DNA of 64,000 nucleotides from Azolla caroliniana (Eukaryota; Plantae; Polypodiophyta). The position numbers and the translations under genes were made by a program. The stretch spans positions 13,020,001-13,084,000 of the forward strand of contig JBHGNT010000018.1 of NCBI GenBank assembly GCA_043228905.1, read 5' to 3'. Positions 60,959 through 64,000 of this stretch are shown here, in pieces (position 1 is the first letter of the stretch; the number at the start of each line of letters is the position of its first letter). The notes beneath the pieces are model-generated. The model saw nothing but the letters and a program-made list of their open reading frames with translations, had not been told where the DNA came from and did no database searches.

Positions 60959-61338
60959 CATGTAAAAGTGGGGGGATGCACCAAGGCTGCAATTGCTGTA
61001 GCCACGACTACATATGGGAGCAAAGACGACAGGGCTTTCGCAAAGTCACCATTAGCTAAGCTTGGAATCCTTAGTGATTTTATACCAAGCAATGAAGTGC
61101 CCTGTTGCTTATCATGCCTCCCCACTCTTCCCCCATGGGTGGGAGAAGCTTTGCAAGTGATAATGGGGAGGGAATATTTCCCGGAATCTAATAGGCACAC
61201 AGCATCTTTCATTGAGTCTAGTCGCAAGGCATCTTTCATGAACCTCAGGTGCTTGTGTGAAGCAAAGGATGAATTGTTGAGGGTGTGTATAGAGATGCAG
61301 ATTTGGTTGAGGCTAAGGGGTGATTGATGGGGTGCCAT
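60959..61338 (-). CDS. BASS3: BASS3-like cotransporter, exon 1 (probable plastid transit peptide); spliced CDS 1275 nt, 424 aa
   Basis: GCCATGG start context; Ser-rich N-terminus then KALSSLLPYVVVATAIAALVHPPTFTW; GT donor at 60958. All five exons join in frame; motifs match Arabidopsis BASS3 as recalled. Start codon is inferred. Confidence 0.85.
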
Positions 61339-61680
61339 GGCATGAGTGGTAGTGCATATATACATCTCTCTGTCTGTCTCTATGTTTGTATGTATATATG
61401 ATATGTGTTGGATTGGGTGGAGGGAAGCAGGGGAAGAATTGAAAAGAAGGAGAAAGAGATGGAAGAGGAAGTCTGAAGAGTATATGCTATGGTATTGTTA
61501 TAACTTATTATGTATGTATATGATGTAGTTAGAACACTTTGTGTGTGTTGAAATGACAGAGAGACAGAGACAGAGACAGAGAGAGGCCTTCAGCTGTCCA
61601 CCATTCATTTTCATTTGTATCCACACACCTTGGTGGATCCTCACGGTGCTCACACTTTATTTATGGACATACATAATCAC

Positions 61681-61721
61681 TACATACATACATACATACA
61701 TACATACATACATACATACAT
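61681..61721. repeat. (TACA)n microsatellite upstream of BASS3
   Basis: About ten perfect TACA units. Confidence 0.95.
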
Positions 61722-63161
61722 TTACATGCCCATATCAATATATGTACATATTGTCATAGTATCCAAATGCTTTAAGACATGATTCTATGAAATGGCCGCA
61801 CTTTTCTTTTCTCCTTGTTACGGCACCAATTTCAACACCCATTGGTGCACACTCACTTCCTTCGGAGCCTACCTCTTAATGAAAAAAAACATCACACAAA
61901 CATTATCTTTCTATTGATGCTAGTTTTGGTCCTAATTCCTCTCACTATGTATGCATCATGGATGGGCAATTAATTAATTACACCAAGTATTAGGTTGTTT
62001 ATTGGTCCATACCGAAGTAACAATGCATTCGTCTCTACTTAATTACAATACTTTCGTATTGTTTAGCTATCCAACGAAAGGTGGTGATTAGGTAAATGTT
62101 TTCTAATGTCGAATATATGGTTGTCTAGTTGATTTTGATACTTATAGCGGTATATACGTAACTTAGCCTTTCTTTACAAAAAAAATCGTAATATCGACAG
62201 GAACCTCAATGTGAGGTAAAAGTGAGCACATTATGATTATACACGAAATGACCTCCTACCACACAAGTCACTACAAGTCCATTTATCTCGCGTAGTACGT
62301 AGAAATATTCAAAGAAGAGGACACGTCAATCTAGTAAAAGGGGCCCCAATCTTTTTATGCACATCGGTATGTGAACCCAAAAGTTGTGCATATTCTTAAC
62401 AAGAATAAGAAAAGTGAGGTTCTAAATAGGTATCGTGTAAGTTTTATGTGCACTTTAAAACGAGGTTCAAATTTATCCAACTAATACCTTAATTGGTGCA
62501 AATTTTTGTGAACTAAATGATATTCTTTTCCTAACTTTGACATCCAAAGGAAGGCATTTTACCACACATTCTCTCTTTGCACTTACTGAAATTCAAAATG
62601 ATTGAAACACTTGAGTTCATTTTGACCCTAAAAACATTTAAAGAAGGGGATATTTGTTGAGATGTAACAATTAGGAAAGGAATGCCTCAATTTTGTTTTG
62701 CATATCCTGAATTGCAAGAAGTCGTTTGGCAACAATATAATTGTGTACACAAGCAAGTTAAGGTCACATGCCTATTCCATCACACTCACTCTTGACTTCA
62801 AGACACACACACACATTGTTGCGATGTATCATTTAGGTAAGGAATGCCTAAATTTTGTTTTGAATATCTTGAATTGGGGAGAAGTTGTTTGGCCACAATA
62901 TATATTGCGTACATACACTAAATGAGGTCATGTACATGTGCCATCATACTCATTCTAACTTCAACGCGCACTTGCACTCTCTCTCAATCAACTTTTGACC
63001 CATTGGACAGGAAGCATCAACCACCACAAATCACAATTATCCAATCATATTTACAAACAAATTGTCGATGTATCCCTTGTTAGTTAATTAATCATTCTTT
63101 GTATTGTGGAAAACATTGTTAATTTTGTCAACCCATTTTAAGGGCAAACAAATAGTGTGTG

Positions 63162-64000
63162 TGTTATGAACTCATGCATGAAATGAGTCATGCTATATCT
63201 ATTTTAGTCTTAAGCTTTAGTTAACAAGACTTCATGATGTAAATTGTATGCATGCATCCCATCATCTTGTGGGTCATAAACTCATATATCTCAATCATTT
63301 TGGATGATATAGAGAAGAGCATAGCCTATGAGCTCTATCTAGAGATTATATTGATATGTGATGAGTGATCTTGATTAATATCTAATCACTCATTGATCTT
63401 GTTTAATAGTCTATTCTATAACACGTTATTAGCACGATTAGCCTCTCCCATAGCAATTAATTATTCTCTTATACAAATCTACCTTATTGTTACCATTAGC
63501 ATGGCTTCTCAAGCTCTACAAATAGAGAAATGTTTATTCCCGCCACTTGCATTCGATGGGTCCAATTATATGACTTGGATGGTTCATGTTAAAGGCCATC
63601 GCACAACGAAAGATCTTCTTCATACGGTAATTGATCATTTTAATGATGTTGAGAACTCAAATGCTAGGAAGCGGGGAGCAGAAGCGTTCATCTTCATCCT
63701 TCATCACCTTGATGTAAGCCTTCAAAATCAATACTTCTCCATCAAGAATCCATCAACTCTTTGGAAGCAACTCAAAGCCCATTTTGATCATCAACGAACT
63801 GTTCTCGGCCCCAACACTTTGCATGAATGGAATCAACTTCATTTTCAAGATTTCAAGACAGTTGTTGAATATAAATCCTCACTATTTGATATCGTTTGTA
63901 AACTTAAATTTTGTGGTCATGACAATCTTGTTCAAGAGGTGAATCTAATCAACAAAACGGTATCTACTTTTCATACCTCAAATTTTAATCTTTCCGAACA
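63162..64000 (+). mobile_element. Ty1/copia, Bianca-like, 5' end (runs off the window)
   Basis: Candidate LTR TGTTATG (63162)...CTATAACA (63423), PBS cgttattagcacga 63424-63437, gag ORF from 63501. Confidence 0.8.
63501..64000 (+). CDS. Bianca-like copia gag, open to the window end (absent from the ORF track)
   Basis: Manual translation MASQALQIEKCLFPPLAFDGSNYMTW..LWKQLKAHFDHQRTV..EWNQLHFQDFKTVVEYKSSLFDI..LKFCG..KTVSTFHTSN with no stop. Confidence 0.8.
   Translation, partial: MASQALQIEKCLFPPLAFDGSNYMTWMVHVKGHRTTKDLLHTVIDHFNDVENSNARKRGAEAFIFILHHLDVSLQNQYFSIKNPSTLWKQLKAHFDHQRTVLGPNTLHEWNQLHFQDFKTVVEYKSSLFDIVCKLKFCGHDNLVQEVNLINKTVSTFHTSNFNLSE

Noticed and set aside
61339-61365. ORF-track N-terminal extension of BASS3 exon 1
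   Set aside because: The ATG at 61338 has better context; the extension has no support, though transcript data are needed to settle it.
61760-63160. AT-rich upstream region with short ORFs and a partial duplication near 62670-62960
   Set aside because: No terminal repeats or coding motifs I can support.

Overview
Eukaryotic (land-plant, probably non-seed plant such as a fern or lycophyte - inference only) genomic DNA. Positions 1-57058 are a graveyard of nested, mostly decayed LTR retrotransposons: at least eight Ty1/copia copies or fragments (family A with gag MDRGMASSLPTEKL, a related family J, and a Tnt1/Tork-like family), a Tcn1-like chromovirus with a chromodomain, and remnants of non-chromovirus Ty3/gypsy elements. 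Several insertions could be delimited by eye through TG...CA LTR ends, PBS, PPT and 5-bp TSDs, giving up to four nesting levels. One apparently intact host gene is present: a 5-exon BASS3-like plastid sodium/metabolite symporter on the minus strand (61338-58748). A Bianca-type copia begins at 63162 and runs off the window. The most interesting signals are (1) an unnamed, conserved accessory ORF downstream of gypsy pol seen in three diverged copies; (2) four different minus-strand priming strategies in one window (tRNA-iMet, tRNA-Trp, half-tRNA-Ile, Tf1-like self-priming); (3) a copia family with a duplicated PPT and a charged C-terminal tail on RNase H; (4) an LTR-age paradox in the nested chromovirus/copia pair. 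All alignments and mismatch counts were made by eye; no database search was run.
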